Shown here in pieces: positions 30,031-41,446 of a DNA stretch of 64,000 bases (within the stretch, counting starts at the first letter, position 1; each line of letters begins with the position of its first letter). The translations under genes were made by a program, and so were the position numbers. Under the pieces are notes generated by a model. The model had not been told where the DNA came from. It saw nothing but the letters and a program-made list of their open reading frames with translations, and made no database searches. The stretch lies in sequence record SRR33789315_132. One strand, 5' to 3'.

Positions 30031-31160
30031 GACGTGCGCAATAGGCGCATCAAAACTTCCTCATAGATGCGCGTGAGTTCATCCAATTCGCTTATTTTGA
30101 CATGCTCGTTCACTTTATGAATGGTCGCGTTACATGGTCCTAGCTCTAGAAGCTGAGCTCCTGTTGGAGCAATGAAACGGCCATCGGATGTTCCACCAGT
30201 GGTCGAACATTCAGTTTCCACACCATTGATATGCTTAATACTTGCCGATACGACGTCGATTAAAGTGCCGCGAGAGGTAAGAAAAGGGTCTCCTGAGAGA
30301 TGCCAGTCAAGGCTGTACTCTAGCTCGTGTGAATCTAGTATTGCCTCAGTACGAGTGCGAATTTCTGACTCGGTTAATGCCGTAGAGAAGCGAAAATTAA
30401 ATTGTGCTTCCAAGCTTCCTGGAATGACATTATCTGTACCAGTTCCAGAGTGAATATTAGAGATTTGAAAGCTCGTCGGTGGGAATGCTTCATTGCCATC
30501 GTCCCATTTCTCTTTAGCAAGCTCATGCAGCGGTTGCATCGCTTTATGAATAGGGTTGCTGGCTAGATGAGGGTATGCGACATGGCCTTGCACACCGTGC
30601 ACCTTGAGCTTGCCATGTAAGGACCCGCGTCGACCAATCTTGATGACATCGCCAAGCACCTTGCTACTCGATGGTTCTCCCACGATGCAGTAATCAATTT
30701 TTTCCCCTCGTTCTTCTAATACCTCTATGACTTTTCGGGTGCCATTGATTGCACTGCCTTCCTCGTCGCTAGTGATCAAGAATGCAATTGATCCATCGAA
30801 AGGCTTATCTTCGCTTAGGAAGCGTTCGCAGGCGACCACCATGGCGGCAATGCTGCCTTTCATGTCTGCCGTGCCGCGACCATAGAGAACGCCGTCTCGG
30901 ACTGTTGGGGTAAAGGGATCGAACATCCAATCTTCCACTGGCCCCGTCGGGACAACGTCGGTATGGCCAGCGAACGCAAAGACCGGCCCCTTGTCGCCCA
31001 AGCGTGCCCAAAAATTGTTGACGTCACCAAAGGGGAGGGCCTCAATCTTGAAGCCTAAACTTTGCAAGCGATCCATCAAAAGCTGGTTGCAACCTGCATC
31101 GTCGGGAGTGACGGACGCCTTCTGGATCAATGCCATGCACAAGGATAACGTGGGTGTCAT
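30027..31160 (-). CDS. dapE: Succinyl-diaminopimelate desuccinylase
   Basis: AGHTDVVP, GRGTADMKG, SDEEG, GEPS, QGHVAYPH and GGTSDGRF; start ATG 31160. Confidence 0.97.
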   Translation of the reverse strand: MTPTLSLCMALIQKASVTPDDAGCNQLLMDRLQSLGFKIEALPFGDVNNFWARLGDKGPVFAFAGHTDVVPTGPVEDWMFDPFTPTVRDGVLYGRGTADMKGSIAAMVVACERFLSEDKPFDGSIAFLITSDEEGSAINGTRKVIEVLEERGEKIDYCIVGEPSSSKVLGDVIKIGRRGSLHGKLKVHGVQGHVAYPHLASNPIHKAMQPLHELAKEKWDDGNEAFPPTSFQISNIHSGTGTDNVIPGSLEAQFNFRFSTALTESEIRTRTEAILDSHELEYSLDWHLSGDPFLTSRGTLIDVVSASIKHINGVETECSTTGGTSDGRFIAPTGAQLLELGPCNATIHKVNEHVKISELDELTRIYEEVLMRLLRTS

Positions 31161-31187
31161 AAGGTTCGTCTCAAGCGCCTTGCGCAA

Positions 31188-32231
31188 TTAGTTGTGGGTA
31201 TGGAGCTCTTCGTTAAGCGCAATAGCGGTCTTGTTCGCCTTGCATTCAACTGCGCCGGTCACGGAGTTGCGACGAAATAACAGATCCGATTTGCCTGATA
31301 ACTCACGTGCCTTCATGGTGCCAATGACTTGGTTAGCATTGTCCAATACTAATACTTTGGTCCCCGCCGTTACATACAGTCCTGCCTCGACTATACAACG
31401 GTCTCCGAGAGGGAAACCGATGCCAGAGTTAGCGCCGATAAGACAGTCCTTGCCGACCGAAATAACCTCTGTACCGCCGCCGGAGAGAGTCCCCATCGTG
31501 CTGCATCCACCGCCGAGATCACTTCCTGCTCCGATCATGACGCCTGCTGAGATGCGTCCCTCGATCATCGCTGGTCCTTCAGTGCCTGCGTTAAAGTTCA
31601 CGAAACCCTCGTGCATTATGGTAGTGCCTTCGCCGAGATAAGCGCCCAATCTTACTCTTGCAGTATGGGCAATACGCACGCCCTTAGGCAGGACGTAATT
31701 GCTCATCTTCGGAAATTTGTCTACCGACATCACTTCGAGTAGTTCTCCCTTTAAGCGGGCTTGGAGTTGGCGTTCTGGTAGATCAACAAGGTCGATTGCG
31801 CCTTGATTTGTCCATGCGACATTTTGAAGGACACCAAAGGCGCCGCTAAGATTCAGTGTGTGAGGCTTGCAAAGCCGATGCGAGAGTAGGTGCAGTTTAA
31901 GATAGACCTCTGCAATGCTAGTGGGAGCGATGTCCTCTTGTATGACCATCGCGCAGATGTCCTGAGTGCTCTCGTTCAATTGTTGCAATATTTTACTCAA
32001 CGCTTGGTCTGCAGACACCGCAGCTGTGTCAATAAGAGCACTGAGTTGAGGCTCGTTCACCATTTTGAGTACGTTGCCACCTGTGTAATCGAGTTTGGCC
32101 GCTAAGGCTTGTACAAGTGCTGCACTTGGATCGCGCAGTACGACTGGGTAGTAGACTTCGATAATCTCGCTGCGACTATTGTGGGTAGCGATACCGATGC
32201 CAATGCTATGGAGTGAAGGAGTTTGGTTCAT
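31188..32231 (-). CDS. dapD: Tetrahydrodipicolinate N-succinyltransferase (Pseudomonas/long type)
   Basis: YLKLHLLSHRL, VDKFPKM, RVRLGAYLGEGTT, EGRISAGV and LFRRNS. Confidence 0.96.
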   Translation of the reverse strand: MNQTPSLHSIGIGIATHNSRSEIIEVYYPVVLRDPSAALVQALAAKLDYTGGNVLKMVNEPQLSALIDTAAVSADQALSKILQQLNESTQDICAMVIQEDIAPTSIAEVYLKLHLLSHRLCKPHTLNLSGAFGVLQNVAWTNQGAIDLVDLPERQLQARLKGELLEVMSVDKFPKMSNYVLPKGVRIAHTARVRLGAYLGEGTTIMHEGFVNFNAGTEGPAMIEGRISAGVMIGAGSDLGGGCSTMGTLSGGGTEVISVGKDCLIGANSGIGFPLGDRCIVEAGLYVTAGTKVLVLDNANQVIGTMKARELSGKSDLLFRRNSVTGAVECKANKTAIALNEELHTHN

Positions 32232-32266
32232 AAAATCATCCTTAGGGCGTAAAATTGTGAGCGTTT

Positions 32267-32623
32267 CTATGCGGCAAGTGCTTTGATTTGAGTCTCATCG
32301 TAACCCACTATCCAGCCTTTTGAATGCTGGATAATAGGGCGGCGGACAACCGACGGATTAGTCATGATTAGCTGTGCGGCATTCTCTTGTGTAAGGCCTT
32401 GTTGCTGTTCTACACAGAGTTTGCGCCAGGTAGTGCCACGTTTGTTGATCAAGGATTCCAAGGCAATGGCATTAATCATGGTGGCGGCCAGAGCGTTATC
32501 TAATCCCGCTTTTTTATAGTCATGAAACACATAGGGAATTGCGAGCGCATCCAGTGTCTTTCTGGTTTTCTTGATGGTATCGCAGTTGGCGATCCCATAA
32601 AGGGTTACAGCTTTGTTTGCCAT
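32267..32623 (-). CDS. yffB: ArsC/Spx family protein YffB
   Basis: YGIANCDTIKK, HDYKK, INKRGTTWRKL and RRPI. Confidence 0.85.
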   Translation of the reverse strand: MANKAVTLYGIANCDTIKKTRKTLDALAIPYVFHDYKKAGLDNALAATMINAIALESLINKRGTTWRKLCVEQQQGLTQENAAQLIMTNPSVVRRPIIQHSKGWIVGYDETQIKALAA

Positions 32624-32641
32624 CGTTAAATTCTCCGCGCT

Positions 32642-35326
32642 CTAGCGACCCAACTCTTGTTTAATATCGTTCTGTAGGCTCTCGATTTCTTCCGGCGCTG
32701 TGATTTTCTGGAAATTACTATCCAGGACGAAGAATAGATCCTCCACTCGCTCGCCCAAGGTGGCAATTCGTGCGTTCTGCAATTGTAGATTGTGCTGCGC
32801 AAACACCTTGCCGATAGAGGCTAAAACACCGGGTTGATCCGGACAATTAATCTCGATAGTGGTGTAAGGCTTATCGTCAGAGTTGATCAGCTCAGTCTCA
32901 ACGTGCTGGCTGAAATGTTTGAGCTTTCTTGCAATGCGCTTTTCTGAACCACGCAAGTATCGCGTTGGCTCCATTAGATATTCTCGCAATAAGCTCGTGA
33001 TCTGATTGCGTCTTGTTGCGCTGGCTTGCACAGGATTGCCGTCGTTCTCAAGCACGGTATAGGTGTTCATACAATAATTTTTACTCGACGTGAAGATGCG
33101 AGCGTCTTGAATATTGAGACCAAGTTTTTCAATGGCGGCAGCACTGCTTGCAAATAGATGGCTGCGGTTCAAGGTGTAGATAAAAATCTGTGTGGCGCCC
33201 TCTGTCACATTATCCGTAGGATCTTCGACGAGAATTAGGGTGTCTACGCCATTGCTATTCGCGATAGCCTCTGTATGCAAAGCAATGTTTGCAGTGGACT
33301 CACGGACAAAATACTCGTCGTCGATGTTGTCCCATATTCTATCGATGTCTTGCATGCTCACACCGCGTTCGGCGAGCTTTAGACGCGCACTCTCTTGTTT
33401 GTCTTTAATTCGATCGGCTCTATCTATGGGGTTCTCCAATCCGCGGCGAAGAGCGCGCTTGGTGTTTAGATAGAGTTGGCGTAAGAGGGCTGCGCGCCAA
33501 GTATTCCATAGCGTGGGATTCGTCGCGTTAATATCTGCCACTGTAAGCGCATAGAGATAATCCAAGTGCAATTTGTCGCCAACTTCCAGCGCGAATTGTT
33601 GAATCACTTCTGGGTCGGCTATGTCCATGCGCTGCGCAGTCATCGACATGAGTAGGTGTTTGCCGATCAACCATGATACGAGCTTCGTGTCCCATGCGCT
33701 CAGGTGATGCAAACGACAAAACTCCGCTCCGTCAGCCATTCCTAAGGTAGAGTGATCGCCACCTCTGCCCTTGGCAATGTCGTGATAGAGGCCTGCAATG
33801 TAGAGCAATTCGAGCTTAGGTAGGCGACGCACAATATGCGCAGCGATAGGGAATTTTTCCTCGGCTTCGGGCAATAGGAAACGGCGCGTGTTCTCAACCA
33901 CTTGCAAGGTGTGTGCATCGACTGTGTAAATATGGAACAAGTCGTGCTGCATTTTGCCGGTAATGGCGCCGAACTCAGGGAGATATCGACCCAGAACGCC
34001 GTAACGGGCCATGCGACGCAATTGTGACGTTAACTCGTGGGGCGAGCGCAGCAATTCCATGAACAGGGTAACGTTGCGTAAATCTTTGCGAAATTTATCG
34101 TCAATAAGATAGAGGCTGTCACGAATAGAGCGGATAGTGATCGCACGCACACCTTTGATGCGGGGATTCTGCGCCATGAGCACGAAGAGCTCCAGCAGAG
34201 CAAACGGGAAACGCGTGAAGACGTCGCCATAACGAATCTCAATATAATCGTTACGCAACTGAAAGCGGTTGTTGATGACCTCGATCACTTCCTGTTCGTT
34301 CGCTCGCAGAATCGCCTCGTCGAAATGCTGAAGTAACGCATCATTCAGTGCGCGTAAGGTAGCAACGGCGCGATAGTATTCCTGCATTAATTTTTCGACT
34401 GCTAGGCTTTTCTCGTCGTCGACATAGCCATACATTTTGGCGAGGTCTTTCTGCTTGTCGAACAAAAGTCGGTCTTCCTTGCGTCCTGCTAGAAGATGTA
34501 ATCCGTAGCGCAGTTTCCACAACAGGCGTTCGCCTTCGGCCAATTGATCGTACTCGTTGCTATTCAGGAAACCGAGCGTTACTAGGTCAGCTAATTGATT
34601 GGCTTTATAGTACCGTTTCGCAATCCACGCGATGGTTTGTATGTCGCGTAGCCCCCCAGGGGAGGTCTTAACATTTGGTTCCAGAGCGTAATCGATGTCG
34701 TAGAATTTATCGTGGCGTAATTGCTGTTCATCACGCTTTGCGTCGAAGAAGGACTTGGCTGGCCACACGTCACCGTTCTGGGTCAGTGCGATCATCTCGC
34801 CACGCAATTCATGAGGGCCAACGATCGTGCGTGACTCCATGAGACTGGTTGTGACTGTAAGGTCTTTCAATGCCTCTTGACGGCATTGGGAGAGTGATCG
34901 TACCGATTGGCCGATCTCAAGATTGATATCCCACAGAAAGGTAAAAAAAGCACTAATGCTCTCTTTGTACAAGGTAAGATCGTCGTCGCGCGTGATAATT
35001 AGTAAGTCGATATCGGAATGTGGATGCAATTCGCCGCGACCATATCCGCCAACTGCTAGTAGGCTGATATCCTCTGGTTTGGCCCAGTCGTATCGCTCCC
35101 AGGCACATTTCAGAAGTTGATCCATAAACCATGCGCGTCCCCACACTAATTTTACGATGTCATCGTTCGCACGATAGTGTTCATCGAGAAGCGTTCGGGC
35201 TTTCGCTAGGGCATCGCGAAATATGCCAACGGCGTCCTTGGAATTAGCCAGTTGTGTGCGGAATTCCTCAATATTGAACAGCGCATTGTTGAAATGAGCG
35301 TTCAAATCAGTCTGTATTTCGTTCAT
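32642..35326 (-). CDS. glnD: PII uridylyltransferase/uridylyl-removing enzyme
   Basis: AVGGYGRGELHPHSDIDL, PGGLRDI, HIYTVDAH, HDIAKGRGGDHS and two ACT domains. Confidence 0.97.
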   Translation of the reverse strand: MNEIQTDLNAHFNNALFNIEEFRTQLANSKDAVGIFRDALAKARTLLDEHYRANDDIVKLVWGRAWFMDQLLKCAWERYDWAKPEDISLLAVGGYGRGELHPHSDIDLLIITRDDDLTLYKESISAFFTFLWDINLEIGQSVRSLSQCRQEALKDLTVTTSLMESRTIVGPHELRGEMIALTQNGDVWPAKSFFDAKRDEQQLRHDKFYDIDYALEPNVKTSPGGLRDIQTIAWIAKRYYKANQLADLVTLGFLNSNEYDQLAEGERLLWKLRYGLHLLAGRKEDRLLFDKQKDLAKMYGYVDDEKSLAVEKLMQEYYRAVATLRALNDALLQHFDEAILRANEQEVIEVINNRFQLRNDYIEIRYGDVFTRFPFALLELFVLMAQNPRIKGVRAITIRSIRDSLYLIDDKFRKDLRNVTLFMELLRSPHELTSQLRRMARYGVLGRYLPEFGAITGKMQHDLFHIYTVDAHTLQVVENTRRFLLPEAEEKFPIAAHIVRRLPKLELLYIAGLYHDIAKGRGGDHSTLGMADGAEFCRLHHLSAWDTKLVSWLIGKHLLMSMTAQRMDIADPEVIQQFALEVGDKLHLDYLYALTVADINATNPTLWNTWRAALLRQLYLNTKRALRRGLENPIDRADRIKDKQESARLKLAERGVSMQDIDRIWDNIDDEYFVRESTANIALHTEAIANSNGVDTLILVEDPTDNVTEGATQIFIYTLNRSHLFASSAAAIEKLGLNIQDARIFTSSKNYCMNTYTVLENDGNPVQASATRRNQITSLLREYLMEPTRYLRGSEKRIARKLKHFSQHVETELINSDDKPYTTIEINCPDQPGVLASIGKVFAQHNLQLQNARIATLGERVEDLFFVLDSNFQKITAPEEIESLQNDIKQELGR

Positions 35327-35369
35327 AAGTTCGGAGTCGGTTGTGCCGAGGGGAAAAGCTGCGGCATAT

Positions 35370-36143
35370 TTAGAAGTTTTCTTCAGTGCGTTTGGTCAGA
35401 ACTTCGACGCCATCGGAGGTCACCGCAAGGGTGTGCTCCCATTGCGCTGATAAGCGTCGGTCACGCGTCGTTACTGTCCACCCGTCGGCCTTGTTTAACT
35501 TGGTGTGGTGAGTGCCTGCATTGATCATTGGCTCAATGGTAAAGGTCATTCCTTCTTGCAACACCAAGCCGGTGCCAGGCTTTCCATAGTGTAAAACCTG
35601 GGGGTCTTCATGGAAGACTCTCCCGATACCATGGCCGCAATATTCCCTCACCACAGAATAATTATTTGATTCCGCGTAGACCTGAATGATGTGGCCTATA
35701 TCGCCGAGCTGCGTACCGGGTTTGACGATCTCGATGGCTTTATAGAGACTCTGCTGCGTCACTTCGATGAGACGTGTCACATGGGCAGGGGCTTCATCTA
35801 CCACGAACATCTTGCTGGTATCACCGTGAAAGCCATCTTTTATCACTGTCACGTCGATATTGATCATATCGCCTTTCTTAAGAATCTTGGTATCGCTGGG
35901 GATGCCGTGGCAGATGACATGGTTGATAGAGGTGCAGATCGACTTAGGAAAGCCATTATAATTTAGGGGGGCAGGAATGGCCTGCTGCACATTGACGATA
36001 TAATCATGACAGATTCTGTCTAGTTCGCCGGTGCTGACGCCTGCCTTCACGAAGGGGCCGATCATCTCGAGGACCTCGGCGGCGAGGCGCCCAGCAACAC
36101 GCATTTTGGCGATGTCTTCAGGTGTTTTAATACTGATAGCCAT
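35370..36143 (-). CDS. map: Methionine aminopeptidase type I
   Basis: CHGIP, IDVT..GDTS, GHGIG..FHE, EPMIN and QWEHT. Confidence 0.98.
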   Translation of the reverse strand: MAISIKTPEDIAKMRVAGRLAAEVLEMIGPFVKAGVSTGELDRICHDYIVNVQQAIPAPLNYNGFPKSICTSINHVICHGIPSDTKILKKGDMINIDVTVIKDGFHGDTSKMFVVDEAPAHVTRLIEVTQQSLYKAIEIVKPGTQLGDIGHIIQVYAESNNYSVVREYCGHGIGRVFHEDPQVLHYGKPGTGLVLQEGMTFTIEPMINAGTHHTKLNKADGWTVTTRDRRLSAQWEHTLAVTSDGVEVLTKRTEENF

Positions 36144-36312
36144 AGTGTGGAAGGTATTCTCTTTATTGTGTTGGGTGGCAATTTTGCGTAGTCCGCCATT
36201 GTAAAGCAGCAGGGCAGGGATTGACAGGTGCCGCGGAGCTTGCCAATGCCCATCCTCGAGAGTCTTGGAGAAGTGCGCAGGTGTACCCTAACCCTTTAAG
36301 TCTGCCCGGCTT

Positions 36313-36332
36313 TGTGGTATAAAGCTGCGCGC
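36313..36332 (+). promoter_or_regulatory. rpsB extended -10 promoter with GC-rich discriminator
   Basis: TGTGGTATAAA-GCTGCGCGC, matching the known gammaproteobacterial rpsB promoter type. Confidence 0.8.
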
Positions 36333-36380
36333 TTCGTGGGTCACAGCCCATGATCGCTGAAGTAAATAACTGAAAATCAA

Positions 36381-36470
36381 CGTCGCACATACACCGTCAC
36401 ATGTGTTTTGGGTGCCTGAACGCCGCAAGGCTGCAGGGTTTAACCATGGGGTGTATGGAGGCCTAACCCA
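36381..36470 (+). ncRNA. t44 / ribosomal protein S2 leader RNA
   Basis: ACATACACC..GGGTGCC..ATGGGGTGTATGGAGGCCTAACCC; CATACACC pairs with GGTGTATG; lies directly upstream of rpsB. Confidence 0.8.
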
Positions 36471-36485
36471 ATTAAAGGAAAAGTC

Positions 36486-37265
36486 ATGAATACAGTTTCA
36501 ATGAAAGAAATGCTCAAAGCGGGCGTCCACTTTGGTCACCAGTGTCGTTACTGGAACCCTAAGATGAAGCAATTCATCTTCGGTGCTCGTAATAAGATTC
36601 ACATCATCAACTTGGAGCACACTGTTCCAGCGTTGAATGCAGCCCTCGAGCAAGTCCATAGCCTCGCCGCTAAGAAGAAGAAAGTACTCTTCGTTGGCAC
36701 TAAGCGCGCTGCGGGCAAAATCATCAAAGAGCAAGCCGAACGTGCAGGTATGCCTTATGTTGATCACCGTTGGTTAGGCGGCATGCTGACTAACTACAAA
36801 ACTATCCGTGGCTCTATTAAGAAGCTGCGTGACCTCGAGGCTCAGGAAACTGACGGCACTTTCGACCGTCTGACTAAGAAAGAAGCCTTGGTGCGTCGCC
36901 GTCAAAAAGAGAAGCTCGAGCGCAGCATCGGCGGGATCAAGGATATGGGTGGCTTGCCTGATGCCTTGTTTGTAATCGACGTCGATCACGAGCGTATTTC
37001 GATCACTGAAGCGAACAACCTGAGAATTCCAGTGATTGGCATTGTAGATACCAACAGCAACCCAGATGGCATCGACTTCCCAATCCCAGGCAATGATGAC
37101 GCGATTCGCGCAATCGAGTTGTACGCATCTGCTGTGGCTGATGCCTGTATCGCAGGCCGAGGCGACCTAAACGCTGTCTCGAGCAACAGCGAGTTCATCG
37201 AAGTGAATGAGAAAGATGCCGAAGTGACGGCTGAAGAGCCTGCTAGCGCACCTGCTGCTGAGTAA
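36486..37265 (+). CDS. rpsB: 30S ribosomal protein S2
   Basis: [29 protein letters not shown] and PGNDDAIR. Confidence 0.99.
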   Translation: MNTVSMKEMLKAGVHFGHQCRYWNPKMKQFIFGARNKIHIINLEHTVPALNAALEQVHSLAAKKKKVLFVGTKRAAGKIIKEQAERAGMPYVDHRWLGGMLTNYKTIRGSIKKLRDLEAQETDGTFDRLTKKEALVRRRQKEKLERSIGGIKDMGGLPDALFVIDVDHERISITEANNLRIPVIGIVDTNSNPDGIDFPIPGNDDAIRAIELYASAVADACIAGRGDLNAVSSNSEFIEVNEKDAEVTAEEPASAPAAE

Positions 37266-37363
37266 GTTCTCCTTCCTCCGCAAGAGGCCCGGTGAATTGC
37301 CCGCGGCCTCTTCGCTAGAGGAAAATGCGAAATGAATGACCGCAGATGGTCAAAAGCGCATTA

Positions 37364-37390
37364 AAAAGAAGGGCTTAGCCCTTTTTTTTT
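37364..37390 (+). terminator. Terminator/attenuator between rpsB and tsf
   Basis: AAGGGC-TTA-GCCCTT followed by a long T run; a larger hairpin lies at 37273-37323. Confidence 0.7.
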
Positions 37391-37442
37391 AAGTCCGATT
37401 TAAATCACTGAATTTTTTAAGATATCGATAGGGGCAAGAGAA

Positions 37443-38318
37443 ATGGCGAATATTACAGCTGCAATGGTCAAGGAACTACGTGAGCGCACTGGTCTTGGCA
37501 TGATGGACTGCAAAAAAGCACTAGTAGAGTCCGATGGCGACATGGAAAAGGCGATTGACGATCTGCGTAAGGCAAGTGGTATGAAAGCCGCTAAGAAAGC
37601 AGGCCGTATCGCAGCTGAAGGCACAGTGCTAACTAAGATCTCCGCAGACGGCAACCTCGGCGTAATTGTCGAAGTGAACAGTGAGACCGACTTCGTTGCG
37701 CGTGACGATAACTTCCTCAAATTTGCTAACGCGGTGCTCGATGCGGCGTTTGAAAGTCGTGAAACAGATGTTGCGAAGTTGATGGCTGGCGCTTTGGAAG
37801 ATGCCCGCGAGAAGCTTGTCCAGAAAATCGGCGAGAACATCAACGTGCGCCGTATCGAGATTATCGAGTTCAAGAATGTGAACGACGGAATTGTCGATAC
37901 TTATATCCACAGCAACAATCGAATTGCAGTGCTGGTTGCGATCAAAGGTGGTGACAGCTCACTGGCCAAAGACATTGCGATGCATGTCGCGGCAGTAAAT
38001 CCGATCGTTGTTCGTGCTGAAGATGTGCCTCCAGAATTGCTCGCGAAAGAGTCTGAAATCTACTCTGCACAGGCGCGTGAGAGCGGCAAGCCAGAAGAGA
38101 TCATCGAAAAGATGATTCAAGGACGTTTGCGCAAATACGTAGCGGAAGTTAGTCTTCTTGATCAAGCATTCGTGAAAGACGGCGAAATCACTGTAGCGGC
38201 CTTGTTGAAGAAAGCAGGTGCCGATGTCGTGAGCTTCAAGCGCTATGAAGTAGGCGAAGGCATTGAGAAGGAAGAAGTCGACTTCGCTGCAGAGGTTGCA
38301 GCCGCTTCTAAGGTTTAA
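37443..38318 (+). CDS. tsf: Elongation factor Ts
   Basis: [18 protein letters not shown] and [10 protein letters not shown]. Confidence 0.99.
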   Translation: MANITAAMVKELRERTGLGMMDCKKALVESDGDMEKAIDDLRKASGMKAAKKAGRIAAEGTVLTKISADGNLGVIVEVNSETDFVARDDNFLKFANAVLDAAFESRETDVAKLMAGALEDAREKLVQKIGENINVRRIEIIEFKNVNDGIVDTYIHSNNRIAVLVAIKGGDSSLAKDIAMHVAAVNPIVVRAEDVPPELLAKESEIYSAQARESGKPEEIIEKMIQGRLRKYVAEVSLLDQAFVKDGEITVAALLKKAGADVVSFKRYEVGEGIEKEEVDFAAEVAAASKV

Positions 38319-38354
38319 ATAAGGGTCAGCACAACTCACCGAGGCGAAGTGCTC

Positions 38355-39086
38355 ATGGTCAAGCCAGATAAGAAATATAAACGCATTCTGCTAAAACTCA
38401 GTGGCGAGGCCCTGATGGGGGACGCGGATTTTGGCATTGATCCTAAAGTACTAGATCGGATGGCAGTCGAGGTTGGCCAGTTGGTTGGCCTCGGCGTGCA
38501 GATCGGCATGGTAATTGGCGGCGGTAATCTGTTCCGTGGTGCAGCGTTGAATGCTGCTGGCATGGAGCGGGTTACTGGCGATCACATGGGCATGTTGGCT
38601 ACGGTGATGAACGCGCTCGCCATGCGCGATGCCTTAGAGCGCGCTAGCATTGCCACTCGAGTGATGTCGGCAATACCGATGAGCGGCGTCGTTGAGCACT
38701 ACGATCGTCGTACCGCCATTCGCCATCTTCGCGCGGGTGATGTGGTGATTTTCGCAGCCGGCACCGGCAACCCTTTCTTTACTACTGATTCGGCCGCCTG
38801 TCTGCGCGGCATTGAGATCGATGCCGAATTAGTCCTCAAAGCGACTAAAGTCGACGGCGTCTATTCTGCCGATCCAAATCTGGTTCCTGATGCGGTGAAA
38901 TATGACCGTCTGACCTTCGACGAAGTATTGGAGAAGAAGTTGGGGGTGATGGACCTTACTGCTATTGCCTTGATTCGCGAGCACGATATTCCAGTTCGCG
39001 TATTTAATATGAACAAGCCCGGAGCGTTGTTAAACAACGTCATGGGGTCTGCGGATGGCACGATCATCGAGAACCCCTCCGCATAA
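38355..39086 (+). CDS. pyrH: UMP kinase
   Basis: [18 protein letters not shown] and [11 protein letters not shown]; start ATG 38355 or GTG 38349. Confidence 0.98.
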   Translation: MVKPDKKYKRILLKLSGEALMGDADFGIDPKVLDRMAVEVGQLVGLGVQIGMVIGGGNLFRGAALNAAGMERVTGDHMGMLATVMNALAMRDALERASIATRVMSAIPMSGVVEHYDRRTAIRHLRAGDVVIFAAGTGNPFFTTDSAACLRGIEIDAELVLKATKVDGVYSADPNLVPDAVKYDRLTFDEVLEKKLGVMDLTAIALIREHDIPVRVFNMNKPGALLNNVMGSADGTIIENPSA

Positions 39087-39118
39087 TTGCTAACCACCCA
39101 AGCCTATGGGGATAGAAG

Positions 39119-39676
39119 ATGATTGAAGCCATTATTAAAGATGCCGAGCAACGGATGGAGAAGAGCCTGAGCTCCCTAGAGCTCGCTTTCAATAAGATCC
39201 GCACAGGCAGGGCCCATCCCAGCCTCTTGGATACCATTATGGTGCCCTATTACGGCGCCGATACACCGCTGAATCAACTCGCTAACATCACCGTCGAAGA
39301 TGGTCGCTGCCTCGTCGTGGTGCCATGGGAGCGCCCGCTTATTGGGGAAGTTGAGAAAGCGATTATGAAGTCAGACCTCGGATTGAACCCTTCTAGTAAT
39401 GGTGAATCCGTCCGCGTCCCGATGCCCGCATTGACTGAGGAGACGCGAAAGGAATACACCAAGCAGGCGAAGGCAGAGGCAGAGAATGCACGAGTCGCAG
39501 TCCGCAATATCCGCCGCGATGCTAATGGCAGCGTCAAAGACTTGCTTAAAGACAAAGAGATTAGTGAAGACGATCAGCATCGCGCCGAGGAGCGGATTCA
39601 GAAGCTCACAGATAAATACATTGCCTCTGTAGATTCGCATTACGCCACTAAAGAAACGGACCTATTATCTATTTAG
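39119..39676 (+). CDS. frr: Ribosome recycling factor
   Basis: [15 protein letters not shown] and VRNIRRDAN. Confidence 0.98.
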   Translation: MIEAIIKDAEQRMEKSLSSLELAFNKIRTGRAHPSLLDTIMVPYYGADTPLNQLANITVEDGRCLVVVPWERPLIGEVEKAIMKSDLGLNPSSNGESVRVPMPALTEETRKEYTKQAKAEAENARVAVRNIRRDANGSVKDLLKDKEISEDDQHRAEERIQKLTDKYIASVDSHYATKETDLLSI

Positions 39677-39795
39677 TATTCTTCTAGTGAATATTGACTG
39701 GATGATCCTAATCAAGTCCGCTATAAGTGGGCCGATGTGTGGTGTTGGATTGATAAACATCACGAGTTTCACTTTATAAGAGACATAGATGTCGG

Positions 39796-40584
39796 ATGCA
39801 AAAAGAATCTCCCCTCCAAGCTGAAACTGGTCACATTCCGCGGCATGTTGCGATCATCATGGATGGCAACAATCGCTGGGCCAAAGCGAACGGCCTCTCG
39901 GGCTCTGCCGGTCATCGTGCCGGCGCAGAAGCCGCACGTAAAGTGGTCTATTCCTGCATAGACCGTGACATCAAATACCTCACACTTTTCGCGTTTAGCA
40001 GCGAGAACTGGCTTCGCCCAAATAAAGAAGTTAAAGGCCTGATGGCCTTATTCCTCGCGGTATTGAAGCGCAAAGAAATTACGCAGCTGCACAACAATAA
40101 TGTGAAACTGCGCTTTATTGGGAACCGCGAAAGCTTTTCATCAAACCTACAGCGGCACATGAACGATGTTGAGGCCCTCACTGCCAATAACACTGGCACC
40201 GTCGTGACGGTAGCGGCTGATTATGGCGGTCAGTGGGATATCGCCAACGCCGCGAAGCAGATTGCAATGCAAGTGGAGCAGGGCAAGCTGAAGGCTGACC
40301 AAGTCGATGTGGGGCTGATGCAGCGCTTTATTTCCCTCGCCAACGACCCTGCACCCGACTTATGTATTCGCACTGGCGGTGAAAGCCGCATCAGCAACTT
40401 CCTGCTCTGGCAATTTGCCTACACTGAACTGTATTTCACCGACTGTTATTGGCCTATTTTCGATGACGCAGAATTCGAGCTCGCCATGCAGGATTACGGA
40501 AAGCGCCAACGCCGTTACGGCCATTTAGATAATCCTGAGCACAGCGATGAGTTGCCAGTGCCAGGGAGCGCACGTAGTGCTTAA
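39796..40584 (+). CDS. uppS: Undecaprenyl diphosphate synthase
   Basis: HVAIIMDGNNRWA, FSSENW.RP and IRTGGESRISNFLLWQ. Confidence 0.97.
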   Translation: MQKESPLQAETGHIPRHVAIIMDGNNRWAKANGLSGSAGHRAGAEAARKVVYSCIDRDIKYLTLFAFSSENWLRPNKEVKGLMALFLAVLKRKEITQLHNNNVKLRFIGNRESFSSNLQRHMNDVEALTANNTGTVVTVAADYGGQWDIANAAKQIAMQVEQGKLKADQVDVGLMQRFISLANDPAPDLCIRTGGESRISNFLLWQFAYTELYFTDCYWPIFDDAEFELAMQDYGKRQRRYGHLDNPEHSDELPVPGSARSA

Positions 40585-41446
40585 AACTCGCGTTATTACC
40601 GCTTTGATCATGTTGGCAGTGTTGTGTATCGCTACCGCATGGACCACGCCCTTTCAGTTTGCACTCTTCATAAGCTTAGTGTTGTTAGTTGGCGTTTTGG
40701 AGTGGACAGGCTTGATGGGGCTTAAGGCTTGGCCCTCGCGTTTGTTCTATGTGGGTTCGTTCTGCTTAGCGATGTTCGTTATTGCTTATTACGCGGATAT
40801 CACGCCCGCTGCGACCGCGTTGCAACGCCCTGTCGTTTTAGGCGTCACTGGGGCGGGAGTCCTATTTTGGTTCTTTGCATACTCTTTGATTCGCCATTTT
40901 CCCGAGCAGCAATCGCTTTGGGAAGGCGTTCCCAAAACTGCTCTAATGGGCTTCTTTACTCTGCTTCCGACTTGGATTGCCTTAGTTCAACTTAAATATC
41001 TTGAGCCGCACGGCTACCTGGTCCTCACATTAGTGGCGTTGGTAAGCGTTGCCGATATTGGCGCCTATTTCACCGGGCGTGCTTGGGGGCGTGCCAAGCT
41101 TGCACCAAAGCTAAGCCCTGGAAAGTCTTGGGCAGGTTTTTGGGGCGGTCTGGCATCGAGTTTTTCGCTCGCGCTATTGCTGCTTTACCCCTTGCAGTTA
41201 AATGTAGTGAACCTAGAACTAGTGAGGATGTTGGCCTTCTTGCTTGTGGCCTTAGTGGTCGCCGTCTTTAGCGTACTAGGGGACTTATTTGAGAGTATGC
41301 TCAAACGTAGCCAAGGACTAAAAGACAGCGGTAAATCATTACCTGGCCATGGCGGCGTTCTCGACAGAATCGACAGCTTGACCTCCGCCGCTCCAGTCTT
41401 TATTTTCTGCCTCCTGATCCTTTTCGCGGATGTCACATGGACATAA
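40577..41446 (+). CDS. cdsA: Phosphatidate cytidylyltransferase
   Basis: [18 protein letters not shown] and [22 protein letters not shown] start (VLKTRV). Confidence 0.96.
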   Translation: MLKTRVITALIMLAVLCIATAWTTPFQFALFISLVLLVGVLEWTGLMGLKAWPSRLFYVGSFCLAMFVIAYYADITPAATALQRPVVLGVTGAGVLFWFFAYSLIRHFPEQQSLWEGVPKTALMGFFTLLPTWIALVQLKYLEPHGYLVLTLVALVSVADIGAYFTGRAWGRAKLAPKLSPGKSWAGFWGGLASSFSLALLLLYPLQLNVVNLELVRMLAFLLVALVVAVFSVLGDLFESMLKRSQGLKDSGKSLPGHGGVLDRIDSLTSAAPVFIFCLLILFADVTWT

